DNA of 64,000 bases from Rhodothermales bacterium (GCA_965263205.1 CBDHHF010000014.1:251690-315689); one strand, 5' to 3'. Counted from the first letter of the stretch, positions 19,954 through 30,523 are shown. The notes: generated from the sequence alone by a model not told the origin. Made by a program: numbers and translations.

Positions 19954-22900
19954 TTAGTTGCCGGCTTGCACGCGCACCAGCTTTTGCACAGCGGTAACCC
20001 CCGCATCCCCCATCAACCGGCAGAAGTACACGCCGCTCGCCAACGAAACGCCATCGAGCGTAGCCTGATAGGTGCCTGGTACTTGTTGCTCATCTACCAG
20101 GGTAGCAACGTGCCGGCCCAGCATGTCGTAAACGGCGATGATGATATGCTGAGGCTCAGAGACTTCGTACGGAATCGTAGTGGCATCCACAAAAGGGTTG
20201 GGGTAATTAGGATGCAGTAACACAGCATCCTGAATGCTAAACACGTCTTCCGTCGCCACAATGGAAACCTGTCCGGTTAGCGACAACAAATAAGCGGAAC
20301 CGGCGGCAATGCCATTGCCATTGTCGTCGTTTTGTGCCCCCACGACGGCATGCCCATCCGCGATAGCAACAGCCAGTCCAAACGCATCACGCCCGCCGTC
20401 ATCCTGTGGGTCGATACGTGTTTGTAGCAACCAGTTACTCCCATTACGCTCAAAGAGGTATGCTGCGCCGCGACCATTATCAACCCCGCGGCCTCCAACC
20501 AGGGCATACACCCCGCTAATGGCCACAGCACCACCCAGGGCATCGCCTACTGCGCTTTCCGGAAGTTCTATAATGCGTTCTTCTGTCTCCGCCCAAACAC
20601 CTGCAGTTCTGCGATAAATATAGGCAGCGCCCCGATCGCTCTTGCGTTTTTCCGATCCGGCAATGATGTAATTTTCATCGAGCGCAACAGCACTCCCCAA
20701 AGCCTGGCCCGATTCCGCATTAGACGCAGAGAGGCGAGCTGCCTGATTCCATGCTGCGCCGCTCTGCTCGTACACATACACAGCGCCCGACTGAAATAAG
20801 CCGGCATTGGGTGCACCAACCACAAGCGATGTTTGCTGTACATCAAGCCCGTTGCCAAAGAAGTCGCCGGCAATACCATCCTGGGCTATCACTTTTGCCT
20901 GCTGTAGCCAGGCTGCGCCATCGCGCTGAAAAACGTACGCAGCGCCAGCATCTTCACCGCGCGCATTGTTATCTAATGGGGCACCCACGCCGATTACATC
21001 ACCATCGATGGCCACCCGGCCACCAAACGCATCACCGCTCTCACCATCCCCAGCGATAAGCCGCGCCTGCTCCCCCCAGGTTTCACTCCCTTTCAAAAAC
21101 ACATATGCAGCGCCGGCATCTGTGCCGCGCTCGTTGTCGTCACCTGAAGCCCCCACAACGATGTAGGCTCCAGAAATAGCTACGCTGACCCCAAACTGAT
21201 CGCCCGGCTGGCTGTCTGACGCAGACAATTCGGTTTGCTGCGTCCAGTTTTCGCCTGTTCGGAAATATACATAGGCTGCTCCTGGAGCTTCTGCATCTCC
21301 TTTTGCCCCAACCACGGCGTAATCGCCATCAATAGCTACCGCAGCGCCAAAAGCGGGTTGAACCAGCCGACTGGAGGCCAACAAACGCGCCTGCTCTTCC
21401 CAACCGGCGCCTTCGCGTAAGTAGAGGTATACGGCACCGGCTCGCGTCCCGTTGACGTTGTTGTCTTCGGGAGCTCCTGCGATAATATCAAATCCAGTAA
21501 ATGCCAGCGCACTGCCAAACTTATCGCCGGCATCTGCATCGGACGCACGCACCACATTGGTTTGAAACCATGAATCCCCAGATCTGGAGAAGAGATACAG
21601 TGCACCAGCCTGGTTGTTGGCGCCGGCAGCGCCAACCGCAACTTCGCCATTCGCGATGTCAACCGCTCGACCAAACTCAAAGCCACTCGCACCATCGGAG
21701 GCGGTCAGCTTTACGCGTTCTACCCAGTCAGATCCAACCTTTTCAAATACGTAGGCAGCACCTTCATCGATAGAAGACTGGTTGTCCTGAATTGGGGCTC
21801 CGACCACAGCAATGTCACCTTCAATTGCAACGGTTGTCCCAAACCCATCGCTCAATCCAGCCTGGCTGGCCGAGAGCCGGCCGCTTTCCTGCCAAATAGC
21901 GCCATTCAGACTGTATACATAGGCCGTACCTTCACCAAAAAATCCACCATTCGCTGCACCGATCAACACATCTGTCCCCTGCACTGTTACCGCACTACCA
22001 AATCGATCGCCTTGCTGCCCATCAGAAGCCGTGAGCTTGAATTGCTGCTGCCAAACACCGCTTTGCAACTCAAAAACATATGCAGCACCCGCACCGGCGC
22101 CTCGAATATTATCGTCTTGCCAGGCTCCAATGACAGCATAATTTCCCTCGATCGAAACCGACTGCCCAAAGCGATCGCCGGCTTCACGATCTGCTGCAAT
22201 TAGCTTGGCTTGCTGGATCCAGGCGGATCCGCTTTTAACAAATACGTAGGCTGCACCGGCCTCATCGTCGTCATTCCAGGCACCTACAATTGCATGGGTA
22301 CTGCTGATATCTACGGCACTGCCAAAACGGTCGCCGGCTTCGCCATCCAGTGATGAAATGCGTAGTTCCTGTACCCAGTTATCACCGGATCTTTGGTAGA
22401 TGTAGGCCGCACCAGGCTCCGTCTCCCGCTGGCCTTCCGCGCCGACAATTGCAAAATCGCCAAGCACAGATACCGTACTGCCAAAATATGACTCGACATC
22501 GCCACGGAAGGCTATCACCTTTGCAATACCGGGTTGTAACCCATCAGTACCACTCCCCGTGAGTGACACCAAATGCGGACTCGATGGACTGTTGCTTTCG
22601 ATACGCAGGGTTGCTTCTTTGTCTCCAGGACTCACCGGTGAAAACAACAGCGTTGGCGTTATATTGGCCAGCGGTGCCAGCAATACGCCATTGCCTCCCT
22701 GGGTGATCGTAAAATTGCTTGCCCCAGCCCCTTCAATGGACATCCCCAGAATATTCAGGTCAGCTGTTCCAATATTGGTAACCGTAAACGATACCGTTTC
22801 ATTTTCCCCAACAGACAACGCCGGGAAGTCGATTTCCGACCGACTGCTTAACAGGGAGGGCACCCCTGACCCACCAATCGGGAAGATGTAGGCTGCGCCG

Positions 22901-24099
22901 GCATCCTGACCCACCTCGTTGTCATCCCAACGCGCACCAACCATCACCTGCTCGTTGCTCACTGCAACCACGTTACCAAACTGGTCCCCCACATCCCCAT
23001 CACCAGCCAACAAACGTGCCTCCGATTCCCAGACACCGTTGCGCTGTGCAAACACATAAGCAGCTCCCGATGTTCGTCCCTGGTTATTCAGGTCCCACCG
23101 CGCACCGGCAATGGCATACGTGTCATCAATAGCCACAGAAAACCCAAATGCATCGCCGGCTTCTGCATTTAAAGCTGTAAGCCGCGTCTCTTCCTCCCAG
23201 GTACTTCCACTAAATTGATAGATGTAAGCCGCGCCGGCCTGTTCGATACTGTCTACATGCTCTTCAGGTGCGCCAACTACCAGGTGATCGCCTGACAATG
23301 CCACAGCGGTTCCAAAGACACCATCTAACACAGGCACCGATGAGAGTAATTCTTGCTGCACGCTCCACTGGACACCATTAAATCCGATCACATAGGCTGC
23401 GCCGGCATCGGTGACAGCACCTCCATCGCGGGAGGCCGCACCTACAATTGCAACGTCGTTTTCAATGGCGAGGGCCCCACCAAACGCGTCGCCAGGCGAT
23501 GCATTTGCCACAGTAATACGATTCACAAACAGCCAGTCGCCGCCGGCGCGGTGGTACACGTATGCACTGCCACGCCCCTCATTGACGCCAACAGCACCGA
23601 TGATTAGCCGGTCGCCCCGCGAAGCTACAGCAGCACCAAAGCGATCATCAAAAGCGCCATCCGTGGCAACTATTTTTTCGCGCTCCGTCCAGACCTCACC
23701 TGATCGCTCGTAGATATACACGGCACCGGCAAACGCACCGTTTGCATTGTCGTCTCGCTGTGCGCCAACAAATGCAACGTCGCCATTGATTGCGACCGTG
23801 ATTCCAAACTGATCGCCGGCTTCACCATCAGAGGCAAGTAACACAGCTTGTTCTTGCCATTCAGCTCCAACGCGGTGAAAGATACGGGCCGCGCCGGCAT
23901 CCTGGCCGTTTTCGTCGTCCAACCAACTGCCCACAACCGCATAGTCTCCATCAATGGCAAGCGCCTCACCAAAGTAGTCGAAGTCAGCGCCTTCAGATGC
24001 CAGTAGTTTAACGCTTACCTGGCCAAAGAGCGGGGCAAAAGGAAAAGTCAGACCAATGCAGAGAAGTGCAGCGATGCGGCACCATGGCAGTATACACAT
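19954..24099 (-). CDS. giant secreted FG-GAP repeat protein with a T9SS C-terminal sorting domain
   Basis: 1381 aa with a signal peptide and more than 20 repeats of the pattern GDxFGxSVAIxGDxAxVGA...AGAAYVF (FG-GAP/integrin-alpha-like). It has a central Ig-like segment and ends in a Por/T9SS CTD (NYPNPFVDATTIPYEV…GVYFCRLMGDAGVTAVQKLVRV). Confidence 0.8.
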   Translation of the reverse strand: MCILPWCRIAALLCIGLTFPFAPLFGQVSVKLLASEGADFDYFGEALAIDGDYAVVGSWLDDENGQDAGAARIFHRVGAEWQEQAVLLASDGEAGDQFGITVAINGDVAFVGAQRDDNANGAFAGAVYIYERSGEVWTEREKIVATDGAFDDRFGAAVASRGDRLIIGAVGVNEGRGSAYVYHRAGGDWLFVNRITVANASPGDAFGGALAIENDVAIVGAASRDGGAVTDAGAAYVIGFNGVQWSVQQELLSSVPVLDGVFGTAVALSGDHLVVGAPEEHVDSIEQAGAAYIYQFSGSTWEEETRLTALNAEAGDAFGFSVAIDDTYAIAGARWDLNNQGRTSGAAYVFAQRNGVWESEARLLAGDGDVGDQFGNVVAVSNEQVMVGARWDDNEVGQDAGAAYIFPIGGSGVPSLLSSRSEIDFPALSVGENETVSFTVTNIGTADLNILGMSIEGAGASNFTITQGGNGVLLAPLANITPTLLFSPVSPGDKEATLRIESNSPSSPHLVSLTGSGTDGLQPGIAKVIAFRGDVESYFGSTVSVLGDFAIVGAEGQRETEPGAAYIYQRSGDNWVQELRISSLDGEAGDRFGSAVDISSTHAIVGAWNDDDEAGAAYVFVKSGSAWIQQAKLIAADREAGDRFGQSVSIEGNYAVIGAWQDDNIRGAGAGAAYVFELQSGVWQQQFKLTASDGQQGDRFGSAVTVQGTDVLIGAANGGFFGEGTAYVYSLNGAIWQESGRLSASQAGLSDGFGTTVAIEGDIAVVGAPIQDNQSSIDEGAAYVFEKVGSDWVERVKLTASDGASGFEFGRAVDIANGEVAVGAAGANNQAGALYLFSRSGDSWFQTNVVRASDADAGDKFGSALAFTGFDIIAGAPEDNNVNGTRAGAVYLYLREGAGWEEQARLLASSRLVQPAFGAAVAIDGDYAVVGAKGDAEAPGAAYVYFRTGENWTQQTELSASDSQPGDQFGVSVAISGAYIVVGASGDDNERGTDAGAAYVFLKGSETWGEQARLIAGDGESGDAFGGRVAIDGDVIGVGAPLDNNARGEDAGAAYVFQRDGAAWLQQAKVIAQDGIAGDFFGNGLDVQQTSLVVGAPNAGLFQSGAVYVYEQSGAAWNQAARLSASNAESGQALGSAVALDENYIIAGSEKRKSDRGAAYIYRRTAGVWAETEERIIELPESAVGDALGGAVAISGVYALVGGRGVDNGRGAAYLFERNGSNWLLQTRIDPQDDGGRDAFGLAVAIADGHAVVGAQNDDNGNGIAAGSAYLLSLTGQVSIVATEDVFSIQDAVLLHPNYPNPFVDATTIPYEVSEPQHIIIAVYDMLGRHVATLVDEQQVPGTYQATLDGVSLASGVYFCRLMGDAGVTAVQKLVRVQAGN

Positions 24100-24140
24100 A
24101 GCCAGGTGAAGTATTTGAACGTGGAGGATCAGGTCGTGGA

Positions 24141-24164
24141 ACTGAAAACATACTGATTTTCAGT
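24141..24164. promoter_or_regulatory. perfect 8-bp inverted repeat ACTGAAAA-N8-TTTTCAGT, 40 bp upstream of the FG-GAP gene start
   Basis: Arms read directly from the sequence; it could be an operator or a 5'-leader hairpin. Confidence 0.35.
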
Positions 24165-24294
24165 CAAGATTGTTCAGCAACCTGCAAGGTGATGCTCATT
24201 GATCCCAAAGAAATTTGCAGTTAAGCCGGCTGAAAGTGATCCGATTACCAAATTTAAGCTATCTCTTTAATAAACAAGCTTTTTAAAACAGATT

Positions 24295-24633
24295 GTGAAT
24301 CAATCGACGATCCTGGACTGCATCACAAACTATTACCTGGACTCCTTTCACTTTAACGGCATGCCGCTACCTAGTCTGGCAGATCAGCTAGATGTTGAGT
24401 TGGGGGGGCTCATACCATATATCAAACCGATAGTCACCAATAAATCGGCCAGCGTTACGTTTGGTGACGTACACCCCAATCCGTTTATTCGTGCGCTACC
24501 AGATGAACCAGTCGTCACACAGCTTGCAAAATTAATACCTCAACGCCTAGAAAACGCATGTATTTTCCCGCTTTCCAAATATTTGAAGCGGGTTGTTGAA
24601 CCATCCAGGTATGCCTCCCGGCCTTTTCGCTGA
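24295..24633 (+). CDS. hypothetical protein (112 aa)
   Basis: ORF in a lower-GC stretch with no recognisable motif. Confidence 0.35.
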   Translation: MNQSTILDCITNYYLDSFHFNGMPLPSLADQLDVELGGLIPYIKPIVTNKSASVTFGDVHPNPFIRALPDEPVVTQLAKLIPQRLENACIFPLSKYLKRVVEPSRYASRPFR

Positions 24634-24722
24634 AACTAGCCCTCGGCGCACCGCAGTACACCTTTGACTTTTTTGATCCGTATGTCCTCGAGCATTACAT
24701 CCAAAACGAGCAATGCGAGATC

Positions 24723-25538
24723 TTGAATGATGTCCAGGGATCGCTAAATTTTGCACAAACACGCTTCAAATTTACGCGAGCTTCATTTGGGCCGTCATAT
24801 GGACACCAGTTTACCGATCTTATTGCATCTAACCTCGGCCATCTTTCTTTGCTGCCTTCTGAAGATCAGGCACACTGGGATTCGATGTTACTTTCGGGCG
24901 CCGGCTCGATTCACCCCGACGTTGAAGGTCCGCTGTTCAATGGATCGTTTCGGGAAAAAATGTCGGTATTCGAAGCATTGCTTGCAGAAATGCGCGCTGT
25001 AAATGCTCTTTGCCCTGAGATCAGCAAACCACCTTTATTTATCTTCCATACCGTCCCCGAGCACCAGGCACGGCATTTTGGTTTTATACCGGTACCCAAC
25101 ACACAGAATTTTGGCGCCTTTTTCTTGCACTACCAGATTTTGTTGCTGCAAAACATCAATCCAGCATTCCTCGCTTCGATTCAGCAACCAGGGTATCACC
25201 GGGTAACGCCTCGAAAAAAACGGAAGTTAAACAGGCCATCCAAAATGCCGCTGGAGTTTGTCAGCGAATGGCTCGTCCGCGCGTTTGATGTACAGGACGC
25301 CGGCTTGATTCCCCGGTTAGCAAACATCATCAAATCGACCAGAAAAGAGTTTAACGAACGGCAATTGAACGGCGGCAAAAACACAACGGACCAGGCCTAT
25401 ATGCATATCCAGCGCCGGCTAATGTGGTACGCGTACCAGGCCGTTAAGTGGATCAGGGAAACGTTTGAGCACTACTTCAACAAAAAGCACGAAGCATTGC
25501 ATCCGCTGCTGCGCGAGGAAAAAGTTTGGGTCATTTAA
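24723..25538 (+). CDS. hypothetical protein (271 aa; TTG start in the track)
   Basis: ORF with no recognisable motif, on the same strand 89 bp after the previous hypothetical gene. Confidence 0.4.
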   Translation: MNDVQGSLNFAQTRFKFTRASFGPSYGHQFTDLIASNLGHLSLLPSEDQAHWDSMLLSGAGSIHPDVEGPLFNGSFREKMSVFEALLAEMRAVNALCPEISKPPLFIFHTVPEHQARHFGFIPVPNTQNFGAFFLHYQILLLQNINPAFLASIQQPGYHRVTPRKKRKLNRPSKMPLEFVSEWLVRAFDVQDAGLIPRLANIIKSTRKEFNERQLNGGKNTTDQAYMHIQRRLMWYAYQAVKWIRETFEHYFNKKHEALHPLLREEKVWVI

Positions 25539-25727
25539 GAGCAGACAAATCCATCCTGAAGGATGCATTTGTTCGTGTTGAAGGTAGAATAGTTGAAAGG
25601 CGTAAGGTTTTTTGCCTCATATCTTTGGTTGTCCTTCTGCTTTATGTAAAAACTGGGGGATGGCAATGGAATTTGGGAAAACGATTTAAGAACTTCTTTC
25701 CCCCATCGCTCTGAAAAAGCTGACCCT

Positions 25728-26903
25728 ATGTTTACAGAAGGCCTTTACATTCTTGCGGTCCTGTGTCTCCTCGTAGCGTTATCCGAGTGGCTAGTCCAGC
25801 GCACCGTGCTCCGGCATTTTGGCACCGCCTTACTGGTAATCCTGCTTACTGCAATCGTTGCAAACATAGGCCTGCTACCAGCCGGTTCTTCAGCAGAAAA
25901 ACCTGTCCCCGTCTACGACGGCATTTTTAGTTATGTCGCACCGTTGGCAATTTTCTTTTTGCTACTGCGTGTTAACCTGCGCGATATCCTTAAAGCGGGT
26001 AAACCTCTGATTGGTTTATTTCTGCTGGGTGCGGCAGGTACTGCATTAGGAGTCGTGGTTGGCATGTGGCTCATTGATGGGCCGGCGGTTTTCGAGGATA
26101 ACTTCGTTGCCATGGGTGGGATGTTTGTCGGCACATATACTGGTGGCGGGATTAACTTCAACGCACTGGCCATTCACTACGATGTTGTTAAAGAAGGGCT
26201 GCTCTATGGCGGTGCCATTGCTGTCGACAACATTATGACGGCAATCTGGATGATGGTATCGATTGCGATTCCCAAGCTGGTAGCTCCGTTCTGGAAAACC
26301 ACAAGCAGCGCGTCTTTACAACAGCAGGCCACAGCAGCAAGTGTAGAAGTGGACCGGGAAGAGACAACCCCCATGGAGCTTGGTATTTTACTGGCGATTG
26401 GCTGTGCCAGTCTGTGGCTATCAAACTGGTTGGCTGACGTTTCGGGCAATGCCGGAATCAAAATACCTTCTATCGTCCTGGTATCTATCATCGCACTCAT
26501 CATTGCCCAGATCCCGGCCATGCAACGCACTCGTGGCGCACAGGTCATCGGCTCATTTGCAGTAACGCTATTTCTGGCTGTTATCGGGGCGTTTTGCGAT
26601 CTATCTGCGCTCCAGGCTATAGGCCCGCTTGGGGTAAACTTACTCGTGCTCGTCCTGGTCATCGTCCTGGTGCACGGTCTGTTTGTTTTTGTGGGCGGCT
26701 GGCTCTTCAAGTTAGACCCGGCAATGGCTGCTGTAGCATCGCAGGCCAACATTGGTGGAGCCCCTTCAGCGCTGGCACTTGCCAGAAGTATCGGCAGAAA
26801 TGACCTGGTATTGCCGGCTGTCCTCATCGGATCGCTTGGTTATGCCATTGGCACGTTTTTAGGCCTCGGCATCGCCGAATTCGTTCTGGTACCCCTTTTC
26901 TGA
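25728..26903 (+). CDS. DUF819 family polytopic membrane protein (putative transporter)
   Basis: 391 aa with about 10 TM helices. The N-terminus MFTEGLYILAVLCLLVALSEWLVQRT… and the overall pattern match what I recall of DUF819. Confidence 0.6.
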   Translation: MFTEGLYILAVLCLLVALSEWLVQRTVLRHFGTALLVILLTAIVANIGLLPAGSSAEKPVPVYDGIFSYVAPLAIFFLLLRVNLRDILKAGKPLIGLFLLGAAGTALGVVVGMWLIDGPAVFEDNFVAMGGMFVGTYTGGGINFNALAIHYDVVKEGLLYGGAIAVDNIMTAIWMMVSIAIPKLVAPFWKTTSSASLQQQATAASVEVDREETTPMELGILLAIGCASLWLSNWLADVSGNAGIKIPSIVLVSIIALIIAQIPAMQRTRGAQVIGSFAVTLFLAVIGAFCDLSALQAIGPLGVNLLVLVLVIVLVHGLFVFVGGWLFKLDPAMAAVASQANIGGAPSALALARSIGRNDLVLPAVLIGSLGYAIGTFLGLGIAEFVLVPLF

Positions 26904-27078
26904 CGAAAAAAGAACTCCTCTTAACACAATATTAACAAAATTATTTAATCTGAAAGGGCTTTTATCTAAATTTGTTAGGTTGACACGGAATAATACCTAA
27001 CTTACCATAAGTACAACTCGGTCTTGTATTTCAAAATTCACTTGGCCTCTTACAACGTTTGCATCTGATTAATGCGGT

Positions 27079-28533
27079 GTGTCTCCACCAAAGACCCACC
27101 CTGATTCGAACGAATGGCCACATAACCCGAATGTACTTATGTATCGAACACTCGTTATGCTCATCGGAATAGGATTTCTGGGCGCCACCAGCGCTTTTGC
27201 CCAGGAGGCTGTTCCTGCAACCGAAGCCAGCGATGCCCTGTCAGCAGAGTTTGTCTTGTGGACGCTCAATAACTTGTGGATTATGCTTGCAGGCGCGCTT
27301 GTTTTCATTATGCACCTGGGCTTTGCATCGCTTGAATCAGGACTGACCCAGTCGAAGAACTCGGTCAACATCCTGTTCAAAAACACGATGATCATTTGCA
27401 TCGGCCTGCTCACCTATGCTTTGCTTGGCTTCAATGTCATGTATCCGGGTGACTTCAACGGCTGGTTATCTTTTGGCGCTGTTTCAGGTTTTATTTCTGT
27501 TGATCCATCTGATGCAGCGGCTGTAGCTTCCAACCTGACCTCAGAATACAACGAAGGCTATACCTGGTATACAGACTTTTTCTTCCAGGCAATGTTTGCC
27601 GCAACAGCTGCAACCATTGTATCTGGTGCTGTTGCTGGTCGCGTGAAGCTCACAAGCTTTCTCATTTTTGTAACATTCCTCGTTGGTCTTAGCTACCCTA
27701 TCACCGGCTCATGGAAATGGGGTGCCGGCTGGTTGGATGAGCTTGGATTCTACGATTTTGCTGGCTCTACCATTGTACACTCCGTAGGTGGTTGGGCTGC
27801 CCTCATTATGGCTTTCTTGCTTGGGCCCCGGATTGGCAAGTATGGTAAAAATGGTGAGGTAAACGCTATTCCTGGAAGTAACCTGCCCCTGGCGGCTATT
27901 GGGGTCTTTCTACTTTGGTTTGGGTGGTTCGGGTTCAATGGCGGTTCTGTATTGACTGCAGATGCTGCTGCTGTTTCCCTTGTCCTGGTGACAACCTCTA
28001 TGGCTGCGGCTGCCGGTGGATTTGCTGCTGGCATTACTTCCTGGATTTTCGATAAGAAGCCTGACCTCAGTATGGCGCTCAACGGCATCCTGGCCGGCCT
28101 TGTTGGGATCACGGCAGGTGCTGATCAGATGATGGTATACGAAGCTGTACTGATCGGCCTGATTGCCGGTGTGATCGTGTACTTCGCCGTTGTATTCATC
28201 GACAGCAAAATGAAAATCGATGACCCTGTGGGCGCCATTAGTGTACACCTGGTGTGTGGTATATGGGGCACCCTGGCCGTTGGCCTCTTTGGTCAGTTGG
28301 CCGGTACAGAACAGCTCTTGCACCAGTTGACGGGCATCGGGGCTATTGGCCTGTTTACGGTCTTATTCTCTCTACTGGTCGCTGTACCGATTAAACTGTT
28401 CATGGGACTTCGGGCTGATGAATACCACGAGCGCGTCGGCCTTGACCAGGGTGAGCATGCTTCTGAAGCCTACCTCATTCCTTCGCAGGGATTGGTTGTC
28501 ACCAACGAAGTTGGTCAACTTGAACCCGCATAA
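27079..28533 (+). CDS. amt: ammonium transporter (Amt/MEP family) with a cleavable signal peptide
   Basis: Amt signature DFAGSTIVHSVGGWAALIMAFLLGPRIGKY, 11 TM segments, and signal peptide …ATSAFAQE. Confidence 0.9.
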   Translation: MSPPKTHPDSNEWPHNPNVLMYRTLVMLIGIGFLGATSAFAQEAVPATEASDALSAEFVLWTLNNLWIMLAGALVFIMHLGFASLESGLTQSKNSVNILFKNTMIICIGLLTYALLGFNVMYPGDFNGWLSFGAVSGFISVDPSDAAAVASNLTSEYNEGYTWYTDFFFQAMFAATAATIVSGAVAGRVKLTSFLIFVTFLVGLSYPITGSWKWGAGWLDELGFYDFAGSTIVHSVGGWAALIMAFLLGPRIGKYGKNGEVNAIPGSNLPLAAIGVFLLWFGWFGFNGGSVLTADAAAVSLVLVTTSMAAAAGGFAAGITSWIFDKKPDLSMALNGILAGLVGITAGADQMMVYEAVLIGLIAGVIVYFAVVFIDSKMKIDDPVGAISVHLVCGIWGTLAVGLFGQLAGTEQLLHQLTGIGAIGLFTVLFSLLVAVPIKLFMGLRADEYHERVGLDQGEHASEAYLIPSQGLVVTNEVGQLEPA

Positions 28534-28564
28534 ATCTTCCTTTTATCCTCCTCATGCTGCCTCA

Positions 28565-28597
28565 AAACCGTCCAGAGCAATCTGGACGGTTTTTTTG
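28565..28597 (+). terminator. rho-independent terminator after the first amt gene
   Basis: 9-bp perfect stem ccgtccaga/tctggacgg with loop gcaa, then T7. Confidence 0.8.
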
Positions 28598-28713
28598 TAT
28601 CGCCAGTTTTTTTACGAACCAAGAAAAGCGCTTCCGTTACTTTTTTTGTTTTTATCGGGTCTCTTTATTAAAATATTATATCCACCTACCACTTTACCTT
28701 ATTTTAAAAATCA

Positions 28714-30075
28714 ATGCGTCGATTACTCTTAACTATCACAACCATCTTAATTGCAACTGTTATGTTTGCAAAGCCAGCATTTGCCCAGGATGCTGAGGCT
28801 GCACTCTCAGGAGCGGATACCGCGTGGATTCTAGTTTCCACAGCGCTTGTCCTCCTTATGACCCCCGCACTAGCGTTCTTTTATGGCGGACTTGTTCGAT
28901 CCAAGAACTCGCTAAATACCATGATGATGAGCTTCGTTGCACTCGGCGTGGCCGGCGTGCTCTGGGCCATTGCAGGGTACTCGATTGCCTTTGGCGAAGG
29001 CAACGCCTTTATCGGCGATTTATCCATGGTATTTCTCAACGGTGTGGGCGTTGAACCCAATGGTACCATCCCCCACCTGCTCTTTATGGGCTTTCAAGGT
29101 ACATTTGCCATTATTACAGCAGCCCTGATTTCCGGAGCCATTGTTGGGCGCATGAAGTTCAGCGCGTATGTAGCTTTCATCGCCATTTGGGGCCTTATCG
29201 TGTATGCTCCGGTGTGTCACTGGGTCTGGGGTGGCGGCTGGATTGGTGAACTCGGCGCACTCGACTTTGCCGGCGGTGCCGTTGTGCACGTGAATGCCGG
29301 CGCTGCAGCACTCGTTGCCGCCCTTGTCCTTGGTAAGCGTAAAGATTACGGACGACAGGCACTGATTCCCCATCACGTTCCATTCGTCCTCCTAGGTGCC
29401 GGCTTGCTCTGGTTTGGCTGGTTTGGATTTAACGGTGGTAGCGCACTGGCAGCCGACGGGATTGCTGGTCTTGCTTTTGTAAACACGCTGCTTGCCCCTA
29501 CAGCAACCATCGTTGTTTGGGCATTTCTTGATCAGCTGAAATCAAAGAAAATTACGGCCGTAGGGCTGGCCACAGCAATTGTTGTTGGCCTTGTCGCCAT
29601 CACGCCGGCGGCCGGATTTGTTTCACCCATGTATGCGTTGCTGCTTGGCGCCCTCGCAGCTGTCCCAAGCTTCTTCCTCATTCACTGGCGGACGAAAACC
29701 CGGCTCGACGACTCGCTTGACGTCTTCGCAGCCCACGGCGTGGGCGGCCTGACCGGCGCCCTCCTCGTTGGCGTCTTTGCTGATGCAACAGTAAATGGCA
29801 CAGCAGACGGCCTCCTGTTTGGTAATCCTCAGCAATTTGTGATTCAGGCAGTCACCATCCTGGCTGTATTTGTATACAGTGCTATACTCACCTACGGTAT
29901 TCTCAAACTATTGGGTCTCTTCACAGATATTCGTGCGACCAACGTACAGGAAGGCATCGGACTGGATATCATCTATCATGGTGAAGAAGCGTACGCTTCG
30001 GGTGACGGTACCATCCTGATGCTCGATGAAGAAATACAGGCAACTGAAGAAGTGGAAGCCGGCGTCCCCGCCTAA
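28714..30075 (+). CDS. amtB: ammonium transporter (AmtB-like), second paralog
   Basis: DFAGGAVVHVNAGAAALVAALVLGKRKDY; signal peptide …AKPAFAQD; a glnK gene follows immediately. Confidence 0.9.
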   Translation: MRRLLLTITTILIATVMFAKPAFAQDAEAALSGADTAWILVSTALVLLMTPALAFFYGGLVRSKNSLNTMMMSFVALGVAGVLWAIAGYSIAFGEGNAFIGDLSMVFLNGVGVEPNGTIPHLLFMGFQGTFAIITAALISGAIVGRMKFSAYVAFIAIWGLIVYAPVCHWVWGGGWIGELGALDFAGGAVVHVNAGAAALVAALVLGKRKDYGRQALIPHHVPFVLLGAGLLWFGWFGFNGGSALAADGIAGLAFVNTLLAPTATIVVWAFLDQLKSKKITAVGLATAIVVGLVAITPAAGFVSPMYALLLGALAAVPSFFLIHWRTKTRLDDSLDVFAAHGVGGLTGALLVGVFADATVNGTADGLLFGNPQQFVIQAVTILAVFVYSAILTYGILKLLGLFTDIRATNVQEGIGLDIIYHGEEAYASGDGTILMLDEEIQATEEVEAGVPA

Positions 30076-30120
30076 TATGGCGCCGGCATTAACCTCCCAT
30101 TACGTAAACCACCTAAAGCT

Positions 30121-30471
30121 ATGAAATTAATCAAAGCCATTGTCCGCCCCGAAAACCTGGGGGCTATTTTGAAATCACTGTATCAGGCAGAGGTACACGG
30201 GATTACCGTATACCGCGTCCAGGGACACGGTGGCGAATCAGAAACTGTCGAAACGTACCGGGGCACAACGGTAAAAAAGGAGCTAACTGAAAAAGTAGCG
30301 CTCGAAATTGGTGTTTCGGAAACGTTTGTAGATCGCACGATCCACGCCATAATGGATGCTGGCAGAACCGGTGAAGTTGGCGATGGGAAAATCTTTGTAC
30401 TCCCCGTCGAGAAGGTATATCGCATTCGAACAGGTGAAGAAGACACTGCAGCGGTAACGCCAGTCGGCTAA
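30121..30471 (+). CDS. glnK: nitrogen regulatory protein P-II (GlnK/GlnB)
   Basis: 116 aa, MKLIKAIVRPENL…TVYRVQGHG…RTGEVGDGKIFVLPVEKVYRIRTGE, a canonical PII protein located downstream of amt. Confidence 0.9.
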   Translation: MKLIKAIVRPENLGAILKSLYQAEVHGITVYRVQGHGGESETVETYRGTTVKKELTEKVALEIGVSETFVDRTIHAIMDAGRTGEVGDGKIFVLPVEKVYRIRTGEEDTAAVTPVG

Positions 30472-30489
30472 TTCGCCCAAAGCAGCTTT

Positions 30490-30523
30490 AAAAAGGTCGA
30501 GCGTTATGCGCTCGGCCTTTTTG
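30490..30523 (+). terminator. rho-independent terminator after glnK
   Basis: 9-bp stem (ggtcgagcg/cgctcggcc, one G-U pair) with loop ttatg, then T5. Confidence 0.7.

Noticed and set aside
19954-24099. Numerous 60-120-aa ORFs on both strands inside the FG-GAP gene, including Pro/Arg/Ser-rich ones
   Set aside because: They are frame-shifted or antisense readings of GC-rich repeated codons and all lie inside one continuous, repeat-structured 1381-aa ORF.
27010-27078. Sigma-54 (-24/-12) promoter upstream of amt (TGGCC…TTGCA)
   Set aside because: The GG-to-GC spacing is 16 nt instead of the canonical 10-11, so it is not a credible RpoN site.
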